Source: a virus
IMG/VR virus record: IMGVR_UViG_3300029703_000022
DNA length: 31,769 bases
Reading direction: 5' to 3' (one strand)
Below the pieces are notes generated by a model. It was not told the origin of the DNA and searched no databases. It saw only the letters and a program-made list of their open reading frames with translations. The position numbers were made by a program, and so were the translations under genes. Positions 7,318-16,500 of the stretch are shown piece after piece (within the stretch, counting starts at the first letter, position 1; every line of letters begins with the position of its first letter).

Positions 7318-8504
7318 GCAAGAAAAAAAGAAGCAGGCCAGCGCCGCGCGCCGAGCCGGTGCGCAGGAGCATCGCCTTTGCGGGCGCAGACCTGTGGGAA
7401 TCTATCGAATGCCGGGGCTACGTGAGCCTTGCGCAAAATCCCGAGATCTGCACGGCAGTGGACACGATCGCGCGGCTGATCGCGAGTATGACCATCCATC
7501 TGATGGAAAACACGGAGACCGGTGACATCCGGGTCAAAAACGAGCTGAGCCGCAAGGTGGACATCAGCCCGAACAACAATATGACTCGCGCGGCGTTTAT
7601 CCACTGGATCGTCAAGACGCTGATGCTCGAGGGAAACGGAAACGCGGTGGTGTGGCCGGAAACGCGGCGCGGCATTCTGCGCGACCTCAAGCCGGTGCCG
7701 CCAGCTTTTACGGCGTTTGTCCCGGAGGGTGTGTGGGATTATCGTGTGGTGATCGCCGGGCAGGAATACGACCCGGACGACGTGCTGCACTTTGTGCTAA
7801 ATCCCGGAAGCTATTATCCGTGGAAAGGCGAGGGCTACCGCGTCGCGCTGGCAGACGTCGCGAACAATCTCAAGCAGGCGGCCGCCACGGAAAAAAGTTT
7901 TATGTCCAGCAACTGGAAACCGAGCATCATTGTCAAGGTGGATGCGCTCACAGATGAATTTGCGAGCGCGGAAGGGCGCAGCAAGCTCCTGCGCGAGTAT
8001 ATCGACACAGCGCAGGCGGGCGAGCCATGGATGATCCCATCCGAGCAGTTCAGCGTGGAGCAGGTTCGGCCGCTCACGCTCTCCGACCTTGCGCTTGCGG
8101 ATTTCGTGCAGCTCGATAAGCGGACGGTGGCTGCCATTCTCGGCGTGCCGCCTTTTGTTTTGGGCATCGGGGATTTTCACCGCGACGCTTGGAACAACTT
8201 TATTAGCTCCACGATCATGCCGGTCGCGAAGAACATCGAGCAGGAAATGACCAAAAAACTCCTGTACAATCCAGATTGGTTTTTTCGGTTTAATGCGCGG
8301 AGCCTCTACAACTATGACCTGCGCGACCTTGCAGCGGTGGCGAATGATCAATATGTACGCGGGATTATGACCGGGAACGAGGTGCGCGACTGGATCGGAC
8401 TTTCTCCGCTTTCCGGACTCGACGACCTTGTGATACTTGAGAACTACATCCCGCGCGGGATGATCGGAGAACAAAACAAATTGAACGGAGGTGACAACAC
8501 ATGA
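7314..8504 (+). CDS. Portal protein (HK97 family)
   Basis: 396 aa directly after terL. Contains [14 protein letters not shown] and [10 protein letters not shown]. Confidence 0.85.
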   Translation: MSKKKRSRPAPRAEPVRRSIAFAGADLWESIECRGYVSLAQNPEICTAVDTIARLIASMTIHLMENTETGDIRVKNELSRKVDISPNNNMTRAAFIHWIVKTLMLEGNGNAVVWPETRRGILRDLKPVPPAFTAFVPEGVWDYRVVIAGQEYDPDDVLHFVLNPGSYYPWKGEGYRVALADVANNLKQAAATEKSFMSSNWKPSIIVKVDALTDEFASAEGRSKLLREYIDTAQAGEPWMIPSEQFSVEQVRPLTLSDLALADFVQLDKRTVAAILGVPPFVLGIGDFHRDAWNNFISSTIMPVAKNIEQEMTKKLLYNPDWFFRFNARSLYNYDLRDLAAVANDQYVRGIMTGNEVRDWIGLSPLSGLDDLVILENYIPRGMIGEQNKLNGGDNT

Positions 8505-9082
8505 TGTATAAACGCACGGCTGTGGCGCGGAGCGACGGTTTCTGTACCCGTGCCGAGGGCGGAAATCTCTATATTGAGGGGTATTTCGCTGTATTCGGGA
8601 GCCGATACGAGCTCTGGGATGGCGCATATGAGACGATCGAGCCCGGAGCATTCGATGGGCAAACAAATGGAGATGTCCGGGCGCTCGTTAACCACGACAC
8701 GACGCTTGTGCTCGGCCGTACAACGGCGGGTACGCTTTCGCTGCGCATAGATGAGCGGGGACTTTGGGGCAGCGTCACGATCAATCAACAGGATCAGGAT
8801 GCTATGAACCTTTACGAGCGTGTGAAGCGCGGCGACGTGAATCAGTGCTCTTTCGGATTTGACATCCTCGATCAGGATGTCGAATACAAGGACGGTGTGC
8901 CGACGGTGTGGCGGATCAAGGCTGTGAAGCTATACGAGGTTTCCGTCGTAACGTTTCCGGCTTACGAGGATACCTCGGTAGAGGCGCGCCGGAAAGATTT
9001 TGAGAAGGCAGAAAAACGAAGAAAAGAGGAATGGCAGGCAAGGATGAAAAGCCGCCTGAAAGGAGAAGACAATGGCACTTAA
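8501..9082 (+). CDS. Prohead maturation protease (HK97 gp4-like, S78)
   Basis: VRALVNHDTTLVLGRT...LSLRIDERGLW. Lies between the portal and capsid genes. ATGA overlap with the portal gene. Confidence 0.85.
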   Translation: MMYKRTAVARSDGFCTRAEGGNLYIEGYFAVFGSRYELWDGAYETIEPGAFDGQTNGDVRALVNHDTTLVLGRTTAGTLSLRIDERGLWGSVTINQQDQDAMNLYERVKRGDVNQCSFGFDILDQDVEYKDGVPTVWRIKAVKLYEVSVVTFPAYEDTSVEARRKDFEKAEKRRKEEWQARMKSRLKGEDNGT

Positions 9083-10754
9083 GACAATCATGCTGCGCCG
9101 CAGCATCGAAAAGAAGCAGGCCGAGCTGGAAGCGCTCCGCCAGAAGGACGCGGAGTTTTCCACGCGTGAAGCTGAACTGGAAGCGGCGATCAACGAAGCA
9201 GAAACGTCGGAGCAGGAGCAGGCCGTCACCGAAGAGGTAGAGACCTTCGACGCGGACAAGACTGCACACGAAGCAAAAAAGGCTGCGTTGGCAGGCGAGA
9301 TTGAGGGCCTTGAAGCGGAGCTTTCCGAGGCCGAGGCAGCTGCTCCAACCAAAAGCAAAGAAAACCATCTCACAAAAGAAAGGACGGAAAGAAAAATGGA
9401 AACCAATATCAACATCCGCGCGCTGCCCATGAGCCGACGTGCGTTTGACGCACTGCCGATGGAGCAGCGCAGCGAAATCGTCGCCCGCGAGGACGTACGC
9501 GAATTTTTTGTGCAGCTGCGCAGCATGAAGGGCCAGCAGCGCGGCGTATCCGGCGCAGAGCTCACGATCCCGGTCGTTTTCCTCGACATGATCGCAGAGA
9601 ATATGTACAGGTATTCAAAATTGCTTAACCGCGTACGTATCCGCAACGTCAACGGCGAGGCGCGCCAGACCATTGCCGGTACGGTGCCGGAAGCGGTGTG
9701 GACAGAGATGTGCGGCGCGATCAACGAGTTGACCTTTGTCTTTAATCAGGTCACGCTTGACGGCTTCAAGGTCTCCGGCTATGTGCCGGTGTGCAACTCG
9801 ATCCTCGAGGACAATGACATCAACCTTGCGAGCTGGATCGTGGAGATGCTCTCCGAGAGCATCGGCCTCGCGCTGGATAAGGCGATCCTGTACGGCAAGG
9901 GCGCGGCGAGCAAGATGCCGCTCGGCATCGTGACCCGCCTCGCGCAGACCTCTAAGCCCTCCGATTATCCGGCAAATGCGCCGGAGTGGGTCGATCTCCA
10001 CACCAGCAACATCCTCAAGGTGGACAGCACGGCCGAACCGATCACTTTCTGGTCCGCGTTGGCTGTCGCAGCTGGCAACACCTTCACGCGCTACAGCCGT
10101 GGCCGCCAGTTCTGGGCAATGAACAGCAAAACTTACGCCAAGCTTCGCGCAAAGCTGATTGCGTTTAATTACGAGGGCGGTCTTGTCGCACAGTTCCCGG
10201 GCACGATGCCGGTCATCGATGGCGACATCGATGTGCTCGAGTTTATCCCGGACGGCGACATCATCGGCGGCTACGGCGATCTGTACCTGCTCGCACTGCG
10301 CGCCGGTATGACGATCGAATCCAGCCGTGAGGTACAGTTTATCCAGGATAACACCGTTTTCAAGGGCAAGGAGCGCGCGGACGGTATGCCGGTCATCCCG
10401 GGCGCATTTGTTGCGATCAACATCAACAACGCGGCGGTCACGACCGTGATGGACTTTGCCGCAGATACCGCAAACGACGCGCGGCTTACCGCGCTGGCAG
10501 TCGGCACAGAGACGTTGTCGCCCGTATTTGCAACGGGTACATACAGCTATACGCTCGCACCCACCGGGACGAGCGCAAAGATCGAGGCAACCAGCAGCCA
10601 GCCGGGCGCGAAGGTGGCAATCAGCTACAACGGCCAGAACGTGCGCAATGGCGGCGAAGTGACATGGCTGACGGACGGCGCAGCGCATCCGCTGACTGTC
10701 ACGGTTACGCAGGGCAACGCAGTGCGCGTCTATACGGTCTCGGTAACAAAGTAA
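9072..10754 (+). CDS. Major capsid protein, HK97 fold, with an N-terminal coiled-coil delta domain and an extra C-terminal beta-sandwich (cadherin-like/Ig-like) domain
   Basis: 560 aa. Acidic coiled coil over aa 1-110. The capsid core contains GAELTIPVVFLDMI...ILYGKGA. The C-terminal 92 aa read LTALAVGTETLSPVFATGTYSYTL...VRVYTVSVTK. Confidence 0.9.
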   Translation: MALKTIMLRRSIEKKQAELEALRQKDAEFSTREAELEAAINEAETSEQEQAVTEEVETFDADKTAHEAKKAALAGEIEGLEAELSEAEAAAPTKSKENHLTKERTERKMETNINIRALPMSRRAFDALPMEQRSEIVAREDVREFFVQLRSMKGQQRGVSGAELTIPVVFLDMIAENMYRYSKLLNRVRIRNVNGEARQTIAGTVPEAVWTEMCGAINELTFVFNQVTLDGFKVSGYVPVCNSILEDNDINLASWIVEMLSESIGLALDKAILYGKGAASKMPLGIVTRLAQTSKPSDYPANAPEWVDLHTSNILKVDSTAEPITFWSALAVAAGNTFTRYSRGRQFWAMNSKTYAKLRAKLIAFNYEGGLVAQFPGTMPVIDGDIDVLEFIPDGDIIGGYGDLYLLALRAGMTIESSREVQFIQDNTVFKGKERADGMPVIPGAFVAININNAAVTTVMDFAADTANDARLTALAVGTETLSPVFATGTYSYTLAPTGTSAKIEATSSQPGAKVAISYNGQNVRNGGEVTWLTDGAAHPLTVTVTQGNAVRVYTVSVTK

Positions 10755-10776
10755 AAAAACAAGGAGGTAAGCGGCG

Positions 10777-11061
10777 TTGACGTTGACGGATGAAGACATT
10801 TTGGAGATTTTGAAGGTTGACCTGCAGGTATCGAGCTCTGCGCTCGACCTGTATCTGCTTGTACTCATCGCATCGGCCAGAGCCTACATCGCGCAGGAGG
10901 GCATCACGCTGACGGATACGGTGCAGGATGCGATGCTCGTCGAAATGTATGCCGCTTACCTGTACCGCCGCCGACGCGAGGAAAATGTGCAGATGCCGCG
11001 CATGCTGCGGTGGGCACTGAACAACCGGCTTTTCAGCCAGAAGGGGGAGGCAGATGGATGA
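10777..11061 (+). CDS. Head-tail connector (gp6-like DNA-packaging/adaptor protein)
   Basis: LTDEDILEILKVDLQVSSSALDLYLLVLIASARAYIAQ. Size and position fit. Confidence 0.7.
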   Translation: MTLTDEDILEILKVDLQVSSSALDLYLLVLIASARAYIAQEGITLTDTVQDAMLVEMYAAYLYRRRREENVQMPRMLRWALNNRLFSQKGEADG

Positions 11062-11392
11062 TCTCATTTTGCTGATCGCTGAAAGCTATAAAAAAGACGC
11101 GATTGGAAACGTCACGGTGACGGAGACAGCAACGTCGGTATGGGCGCACCTGCAGTCGGTCACGAGGGCAGAGTGGGCAGACGCCGGACAGAACGGCCTG
11201 CAGCCGCAACTCGTCGCCGTGACGCCGATCGTGAATTACAGCGGCGAGCAGATCGTACAGATCGGCTCTGGCAAAAATGCGCGTCGGTATGCCGTGTACC
11301 GCACCTACTTAGACCCGGACAACGACAGCATCGAGCTGTATCTCGAGCGAAAGGCGGGTGTGGCGCGTGGCGCGGAAAATCCCGTTAAATGA
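11054..11392 (+). CDS. Head closure / head-tail adaptor protein (SPP1 gp16-like)
   Basis: 112 aa. VWAHLQSVTRAEWADAG...YSGEQIV...YAVYRTY pattern; synteny fits. Confidence 0.7.
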   Translation: MDDLILLIAESYKKDAIGNVTVTETATSVWAHLQSVTRAEWADAGQNGLQPQLVAVTPIVNYSGEQIVQIGSGKNARRYAVYRTYLDPDNDSIELYLERKAGVARGAENPVK

Positions 11393-11753
11393 GCTTGAGG
11401 TCGAGATCGTGAAAGAGCTCAAGGCTTACAGCGACGAGGTCGCCGAAGGTATAAAAAAAGCGGTGAATGACGTGGCAAAAGAAACGGTCCGCACGTTAAA
11501 AACTACATCCCCGCGGTCCATGCGGGGCGGCAAGTATGCGCGCGGCTGGACGTTCAAGGTGGAATTTGAGAGCCCAGAGGACATCCGGGTGCGCATATCC
11601 AACCGCACAAAGCCGCAGCTCACGCATCTGCTCGAAAACGGGCATGCGAAGGTAAACGGTGGCCGCGTGGACGGCAAGCCGCATATCCGCCCGGCCGAGC
11701 AGGCTGCTGCAGATAAGCTCGTGGGTGCCGTGAAGGTGGTGATTAAAAAATGA
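11358..11753 (+). CDS. HK97 gp10-family tail-component protein
   Basis: AEGIKKAVNDVAKETVRTLKTTSPR...YARGW...THLLENGHA. Confidence 0.7.
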   Translation: MWRVARKIPLNELEVEIVKELKAYSDEVAEGIKKAVNDVAKETVRTLKTTSPRSMRGGKYARGWTFKVEFESPEDIRVRISNRTKPQLTHLLENGHAKVNGGRVDGKPHIRPAEQAAADKLVGAVKVVIKK

Positions 11754-12061
11754 CGCTGGAGAATCTATATCAGCTTTTGAAAAGCACAGGTTTGCCCGTG
11801 GTATACAGGGCATGGCCGATTAACGGAGCGCCTGAGTTGCCGTACATCTGCTATCTCGCCGCCTACAGCAACAACTTTTCGGCGGACGGCGTCGTATACC
11901 AGCCGATCGATCATGTGCAGATCGAGCTTTACACAAGAGATAAAAATCCCGAAGCGGAGGGCAGGGTGGAAAGCGCCCTGTCCTCACTCTTTTGGGACAA
12001 ATCGGAAACTTATATCGATACGGAGAAATGTTATCAAATTTTGTACGAAGTTGAGGTGTAA
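11750..12061 (+). CDS. Putative tail terminator / tail completion protein
   Basis: 103 aa immediately before the major tail gene. Contains LPVVYRAWP...PYICYL...IELYTRD. Confidence 0.5.
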   Translation: MTLENLYQLLKSTGLPVVYRAWPINGAPELPYICYLAAYSNNFSADGVVYQPIDHVQIELYTRDKNPEAEGRVESALSSLFWDKSETYIDTEKCYQILYEVEV

Positions 12062-12063
12062 CA

Positions 12064-12633
12064 ATGGCGACAAACGAAAACAAGGTGCAGTTTAACATCA
12101 AAAACGTGCACTACGCGGTGATGACCGCAGACGGCGAAACGCCGACGTGGGAAAATCCGATCCCTGTGCCGGGCGCCGTGAATCTGTCGCTCGAGGCGAG
12201 CGGCGAGATCACGCCGTTTTACGCGGACGGCGTTGTGTACTACAAATCCAGTTCAAACAACGGATACGAGGGCGACCTCGAAATGGCGCGATTTATCGAC
12301 AAGATGTTGCAGGATGTCTGGGGATACGTGCTCAACGCCACCGACAAAACGATCATCGAAAATGTAGGTGTTGAGCCGAAGAGCTTCGCGCTCCTTTTCC
12401 AAATCGACGGCGACGCCGACAACGATTTGTACTGCATGTACAACTGCACGGGCACGCGCCCGGGCATTGTCGGCGCGACGAGTACGGACACCAAGGAGCC
12501 GCAGACGCAGACCAGCACAATTTCCGCGACTTCGCTCGAAAACGGCAACGTCTTTGCGCGTACAACCAGTGAGACGCCGGAGAGCGTTCGCACGGCGTGG
12601 TTTACGAAGGTCTATACGCCTACCGCAGGTTGA
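12064..12633 (+). CDS. Major tail protein (phi13/TP901-1-like)
   Basis: VQFNIKNVHYAVMT...PVPGAVNLSLEASGEITPFYADGVVYY...GYEGDLEMA. Confidence 0.8.
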   Translation: MATNENKVQFNIKNVHYAVMTADGETPTWENPIPVPGAVNLSLEASGEITPFYADGVVYYKSSSNNGYEGDLEMARFIDKMLQDVWGYVLNATDKTIIENVGVEPKSFALLFQIDGDADNDLYCMYNCTGTRPGIVGATSTDTKEPQTQTSTISATSLENGNVFARTTSETPESVRTAWFTKVYTPTAG

Positions 12634-12647
12634 GAAAGGTAAAGCAC

Positions 12648-13067
12648 ATGGAAAAAAGAATTCAGATCGACGGAAAGGAGGTGGGGTTTAGGGCCTCGGC
12701 CCTGACCCCGCGCCTTTACCGACATAAAATCGGCCGGGACATGATCCAGGACCTAAACAAGCTTCAAAAGGCGTACACCAAAGCGCTACAGGGCATCCAT
12801 GCCAAAAAACCGGCAGAAGATGCACCCGCCGAAGAGCGCGAAGCCTATGAAGCGCTGGTGCACGAATCACAGCTTGATGTGACTGACCTCGAAATTTTTG
12901 AAAACGCCGCCTACATCATGGCGCGGCAGTATGACGCCAACATCCCGGACACGCCGGAGGGGTGGCTCGACGGATTCGAGACGTTTTCGATCTACGAGGT
13001 GCTTCCGGCAATCCTCGAGCTTTGGGCGATCAACGCGCGGACGACAGCGAAGTCTAAAAAAAAATAA
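12648..13067 (+). CDS. Tail assembly chaperone (G-like)
   Basis: ATG after GAGAAAGG. Lies between the major tail and tape measure genes and ends in an A9 run. Confidence 0.7.
   Translation: MEKRIQIDGKEVGFRASALTPRLYRHKIGRDMIQDLNKLQKAYTKALQGIHAKKPAEDAPAEEREAYEALVHESQLDVTDLEIFENAAYIMARQYDANIPDTPEGWLDGFETFSIYEVLPAILELWAINARTTAKSKKK
13056..13064 (+). promoter_or_regulatory. Slippery A9 run (A_AAA_AAA) for -1 programmed frameshift giving the G-T fusion
   Basis: AAAAAAAAA lies immediately before the TAA of the chaperone ORF. The -1 frame is open from 13058 to 13261. Confidence 0.6.
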
Positions 13068-13261
13068 GACAAACTGTGCGCGAAGCAACCGGCGCGACCT
13101 TTATGCTCCGCTGCGCGGAGTTGGGGCTCAGTCGTGAGGACCTCGACGATATGACGGTGGGCATGGTATACGATATGCTGATCGAGCAGGCGAACGATCA
13201 AGAGAAATATCCGTATAAAGCAACGCAAGCGGATATTAACCGCTTTTTTCCGAAGGGGTGA
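13064..13261 (+). CDS. Tail assembly chaperone frameshift extension (T-like part)
   Basis: The -1 frame reads IRQTVREATGATFMLRCAELGLSREDLDDMTVGMVYDML... and ends 4 nt before the tape measure start. There is no convincing RBS of its own. Confidence 0.6.
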   Translation: MRQTVREATGATFMLRCAELGLSREDLDDMTVGMVYDMLIEQANDQEKYPYKATQADINRFFPKG

Positions 13262-13265
13262 GTAG

Positions 13266-15797
13266 ATGGCGGACCGAATCAAAGGCATAACGATTGAAAT
13301 TGGCGGCGATACGACCGCACTGTCTAAAGCGCTTTCGGGCGTAAACAAAGAGATCAGCACGACGCAAAAGCAGCTGCGCGATGTGGAGCGGCTGCTGAAG
13401 CTGGACCCGGGCAATGTCACATTGCTCGAGCAGAAGCAGCGGCTTCTGGCGGACAGCGTGGAACAGACAAAGCAAAAGCTGGATTCGCTAAAAAACGCCG
13501 AAAAGCAGGTGCAGCAGCAGTTTGCGCAGGGGAAAGTCTCGCAGGCGCAGTACGATGCACTGCAGCGCGAAATCGTCGCGACGGAAGCGGATTTGCGGAA
13601 AGCCGAAAAGGCGGCGTCCAGCTTGCAGGATGAAATCGCGCAATCAAAGGGCGAATCCGCTTTAAAACAACTTGGCGACGCGGCGTCCGAGACAGCATCA
13701 AAGGTCAAAAAGATCGACGAGAAGCCGATCGAGGACGTAGAAGATGCGGCCAAGGACGCAGACGACGCGCTCGAAGAAGCGGGAGACAGTGCGTCCAGCT
13801 TCGCGGATCATCTCAAAGCCGATGTACTTGTCGAGGGAATCAAGGAAATCGTATCCGGGATTAAGGATCTGAACGAGGAAACCAAAGAGTACCGCAAGAT
13901 CATGGGCACGCTGGAAACTTCCAGCGAGGCGGCGGGATACTCCGCGGAGGAGACAAGCGAGGCTTTTTCTCAGCTTTATGGGGCGCTTGGGGACGATCAG
14001 TCCGCTGCCACAACAACGGCGAACCTGCAGGCGATTGGTGCGTCGCAAAAGGATATAAACAGTCTGATTTCGAGTGCCGTCGGCGCTTGGGCGAAATACG
14101 GGGACAGCATCCCGATCGACGGTCTTGCGGAATCAATCAACGAAACAATCCGCGCCGGGCAGGTGACGGGCACCTTTGCGGACGTCCTGAACTGGGGCAG
14201 CAAAGAGGGCGAGACCTTCGGCGTAATGCTCAAAGAAAACACCGAAGAAAACGAGGAGTGGAACAAGGCGGTGCAAGAAGCTTCCAGCGCCGAAGATTTT
14301 TTTAATCTCGCTTTGCAGGACGCCGAAACGCAGGCCGACCGGACAAACCTCGTCTTGCAGGCTATGGCCGATCAGGGCCTCAGTGATGTCGGCGATGCAT
14401 GGTACAGCAACAACAAGGATATCGTAGACGCCAACAACGCGCAGCTTGAATTTACAAAAAAGGCAGCCGAGCTTTCGGAGCGTGTGCAGCCTGTACTTAC
14501 AGCTGTGCAGGAGGGCATAAACGGCATTATGCAGGCGATTTTGGATGCAACGGCAGGCATCGACATGGATACCATCGTCGGATACGTCCAGAGCTTTTTT
14601 GATGCGGTATCAAACGTCGTATCCTTTTTAATTGAAAATAAAGAAATCGTAATCGGTGTAATCGGCGCGATCGGTCTCGCGCTGACTGCGCTAAAAATCG
14701 TCGAGTTTGTGCAAAGCGTGATTAGTGGTATTTCAGCAATTTCCAGTGCGCTGTCATTCCTTGCAGCGAATCCCGTCGTTCTCGCTATCGCGGGGATCGT
14801 TGCCCTGATTGCGGTGCTGGTGCTGATCGTCACAAAGGGAGAAGAGATCAAGGCGTGGTTGGCAGGCTTTAACGAGTGGCTGCAGGGCGTTTTTGCTACG
14901 GACTGGACCGAGATCTTCGGCCCCGTCTTAGGCAATGTGCTGAATGGATTCTTTTCGCTGCTGAAAGGCATCTGGGACGGCGTTTATCAGGTTCTCAACG
15001 GTGTAATTGATTTTATTCAAGGCATTTTCACCGGCAACTGGGAACAGGCGTGGAGCGGTGTGCAGCAGATCGTCTCGGGCGTGTGGAGCTACATCACCGG
15101 GATAATCACAGGCGCGTGCGACCTGATCGAAGGCATCCTTTTGGGGCTGGATAGTTGGCTGCAAGGCGTCTTTAAAACGGACTGGACGGAAATCTTCGGC
15201 CCGGGACTGGGAGACATTATCAACGCTTTTATGAGAAATGTTGAAAACACGTGGAACGCGATCAAGCAGATCTTTCAGGGTGTGATCGACTTTGTGAAAG
15301 GCGTCTTCACGGGCAACTGGGAGCAGGCATGGCAGGGCGTCGTCAACATCTTCGGTGGCCTGTTTAATAGCCTAATCAACATGGTAAAAGCGCCGCTAAA
15401 CGGCATCATCGGGCTTTTGAACGGCGCGGTCGGTGCGATTAACAGCTTGATCGGAGGGTTAAACTCGATCAGCTTTACCATGCCAAAATGGCTCGGCGGC
15501 GGGCATTTCGGCCTCAGCATCCCGTATATCCCAAATATACCGTATCTGGCAAAGGGCGGCATCCTCTCACAAGGCTCGGCGATCGTCGGCGAGGCCGGGC
15601 CGGAACTGCTCACAATGATGGGCAACCGCGCCATGGTGCAGCCGCTCACCAGCAACACAACCAACCAGACCGACCTCGGCGGCGTCAATATCACGATATA
15701 CGGCGCGCCGGGGCAGGACGTGCGGGCGCTGGCGGACATCATTATGGATGAGATGCAAAACGCGACAGAAAGAAAGGCGGCGGTTTTCGGTGCATAA
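13266..15797 (+). CDS. Tape measure protein
   Basis: 843 aa. N-terminal coiled coil, central hydrophobic segments, internal GNWEQAW repeats. Position follows the chaperones. Confidence 0.9.
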   Translation: MADRIKGITIEIGGDTTALSKALSGVNKEISTTQKQLRDVERLLKLDPGNVTLLEQKQRLLADSVEQTKQKLDSLKNAEKQVQQQFAQGKVSQAQYDALQREIVATEADLRKAEKAASSLQDEIAQSKGESALKQLGDAASETASKVKKIDEKPIEDVEDAAKDADDALEEAGDSASSFADHLKADVLVEGIKEIVSGIKDLNEETKEYRKIMGTLETSSEAAGYSAEETSEAFSQLYGALGDDQSAATTTANLQAIGASQKDINSLISSAVGAWAKYGDSIPIDGLAESINETIRAGQVTGTFADVLNWGSKEGETFGVMLKENTEENEEWNKAVQEASSAEDFFNLALQDAETQADRTNLVLQAMADQGLSDVGDAWYSNNKDIVDANNAQLEFTKKAAELSERVQPVLTAVQEGINGIMQAILDATAGIDMDTIVGYVQSFFDAVSNVVSFLIENKEIVIGVIGAIGLALTALKIVEFVQSVISGISAISSALSFLAANPVVLAIAGIVALIAVLVLIVTKGEEIKAWLAGFNEWLQGVFATDWTEIFGPVLGNVLNGFFSLLKGIWDGVYQVLNGVIDFIQGIFTGNWEQAWSGVQQIVSGVWSYITGIITGACDLIEGILLGLDSWLQGVFKTDWTEIFGPGLGDIINAFMRNVENTWNAIKQIFQGVIDFVKGVFTGNWEQAWQGVVNIFGGLFNSLINMVKAPLNGIIGLLNGAVGAINSLIGGLNSISFTMPKWLGGGHFGLSIPYIPNIPYLAKGGILSQGSAIVGEAGPELLTMMGNRAMVQPLTSNTTNQTDLGGVNITIYGAPGQDVRALADIIMDEMQNATERKAAVFGA
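14877..15380 (+). repeat. Internal tandem duplication in the tape measure gene (period 279 nt / 93 aa)
   Basis: WLQGVFATDWTEIFGPVLG...FTGNWEQAWSGV compared with WLQGVFKTDWTEIFGPGLG...FTGNWEQAWQGV. Confidence 0.8.
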
Positions 15798-16500
15798 GTT
15801 TTGGTTTGCCAGGCATTGCTGCCGCGAGTACGGCATCTATGTAAGCGGCGAAAACACCTTCAACGGCTCCGAAAGGGACTATGAGCTTGTGTCCATCCCC
15901 GGACGGTCTGGCGATCTGATCCGAGATAACAAGCGGTATAAAAACATAACGGTTTCATATCCCGCTTTTATCCACAAAGACTTCCTGCGGAACACGGACG
16001 CGGCACGCGCGTGGCTTCTCGGCTCTCCGATGACATACCAAAAGCTGGAGGACGACTATCACCCGGACGAATACCGTATGGCGGTTTTTACCGGGCCTCT
16101 GGATTTTGACACGCGGTTTTTAAACCGGTCGGGCGAGACGACGCTAAATTTTAATTGCAAACCGCACCGGTACATCAAGGCGGGCACGTGGGTGCAGGCG
16201 CTTGAGAACGGCCATGTCCTGCTGAACAACTGGGACGAATCGCTTCCGCTGATCCAGATCACGGGCAGCGGAAGCGGCGTGCTGACGGTCGGCGGCGTCA
16301 CCGTGACGATCGACAGCATGGACGGCAGCCTGACGCTGGACGCCGAAACCCAAAATGCCTACAGCGGACTTGAAAACAAAAACGGCACGATCCGCATCGC
16401 CGGTGGAGAGTTTCCGACCTTGCCCGCCGGAGAAACGCGGATTACTTGGAGCGGCGGCGTCACTGCGGTAGAGATCACGCCGAGATGGAGGGCAATATGA
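15790..16500 (+). CDS. Distal tail protein (Dit, siphovirus tail component)
   Basis: GTG at 15790 overlaps the tape measure stop. Contains FWFARHCCREYGIYVSG...YELVSIPGRSGDL. Synteny fits. Confidence 0.7.
   Translation: MHKFWFARHCCREYGIYVSGENTFNGSERDYELVSIPGRSGDLIRDNKRYKNITVSYPAFIHKDFLRNTDAARAWLLGSPMTYQKLEDDYHPDEYRMAVFTGPLDFDTRFLNRSGETTLNFNCKPHRYIKAGTWVQALENGHVLLNNWDESLPLIQITGSGSGVLTVGGVTVTIDSMDGSLTLDAETQNAYSGLENKNGTIRIAGGEFPTLPAGETRITWSGGVTAVEITPRWRAI

Noticed and set aside
9615-10868. Long minus-strand ORFs opposite well-supported + strand genes (9615-10868, 29987-31411, 7797-8666, 16968-17885, 18869-19780, 28734-29633, 8930-9724, 12992-13753 and similar)
   Set aside because: They lie antisense to genes with clear family motifs in a GC-rich genome, where stop-poor shadow frames are expected. 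Their products are Arg/Ala/Cys-rich low-complexity strings without RBSs.
15748-16500. Longer N-terminal extensions offered by the ORF track (15748 for Dit, 16446 for Tal, 4708 for HNH, 3035 for the membrane protein, 1683, 2039, 2533, 3831, 12597, 24625)
   Set aside because: The extensions overlap the preceding gene, lack RBSs and encode Arg-rich junk. Internal starts with GGAGG-type RBSs or ATGA/GTGA coupling fit better.
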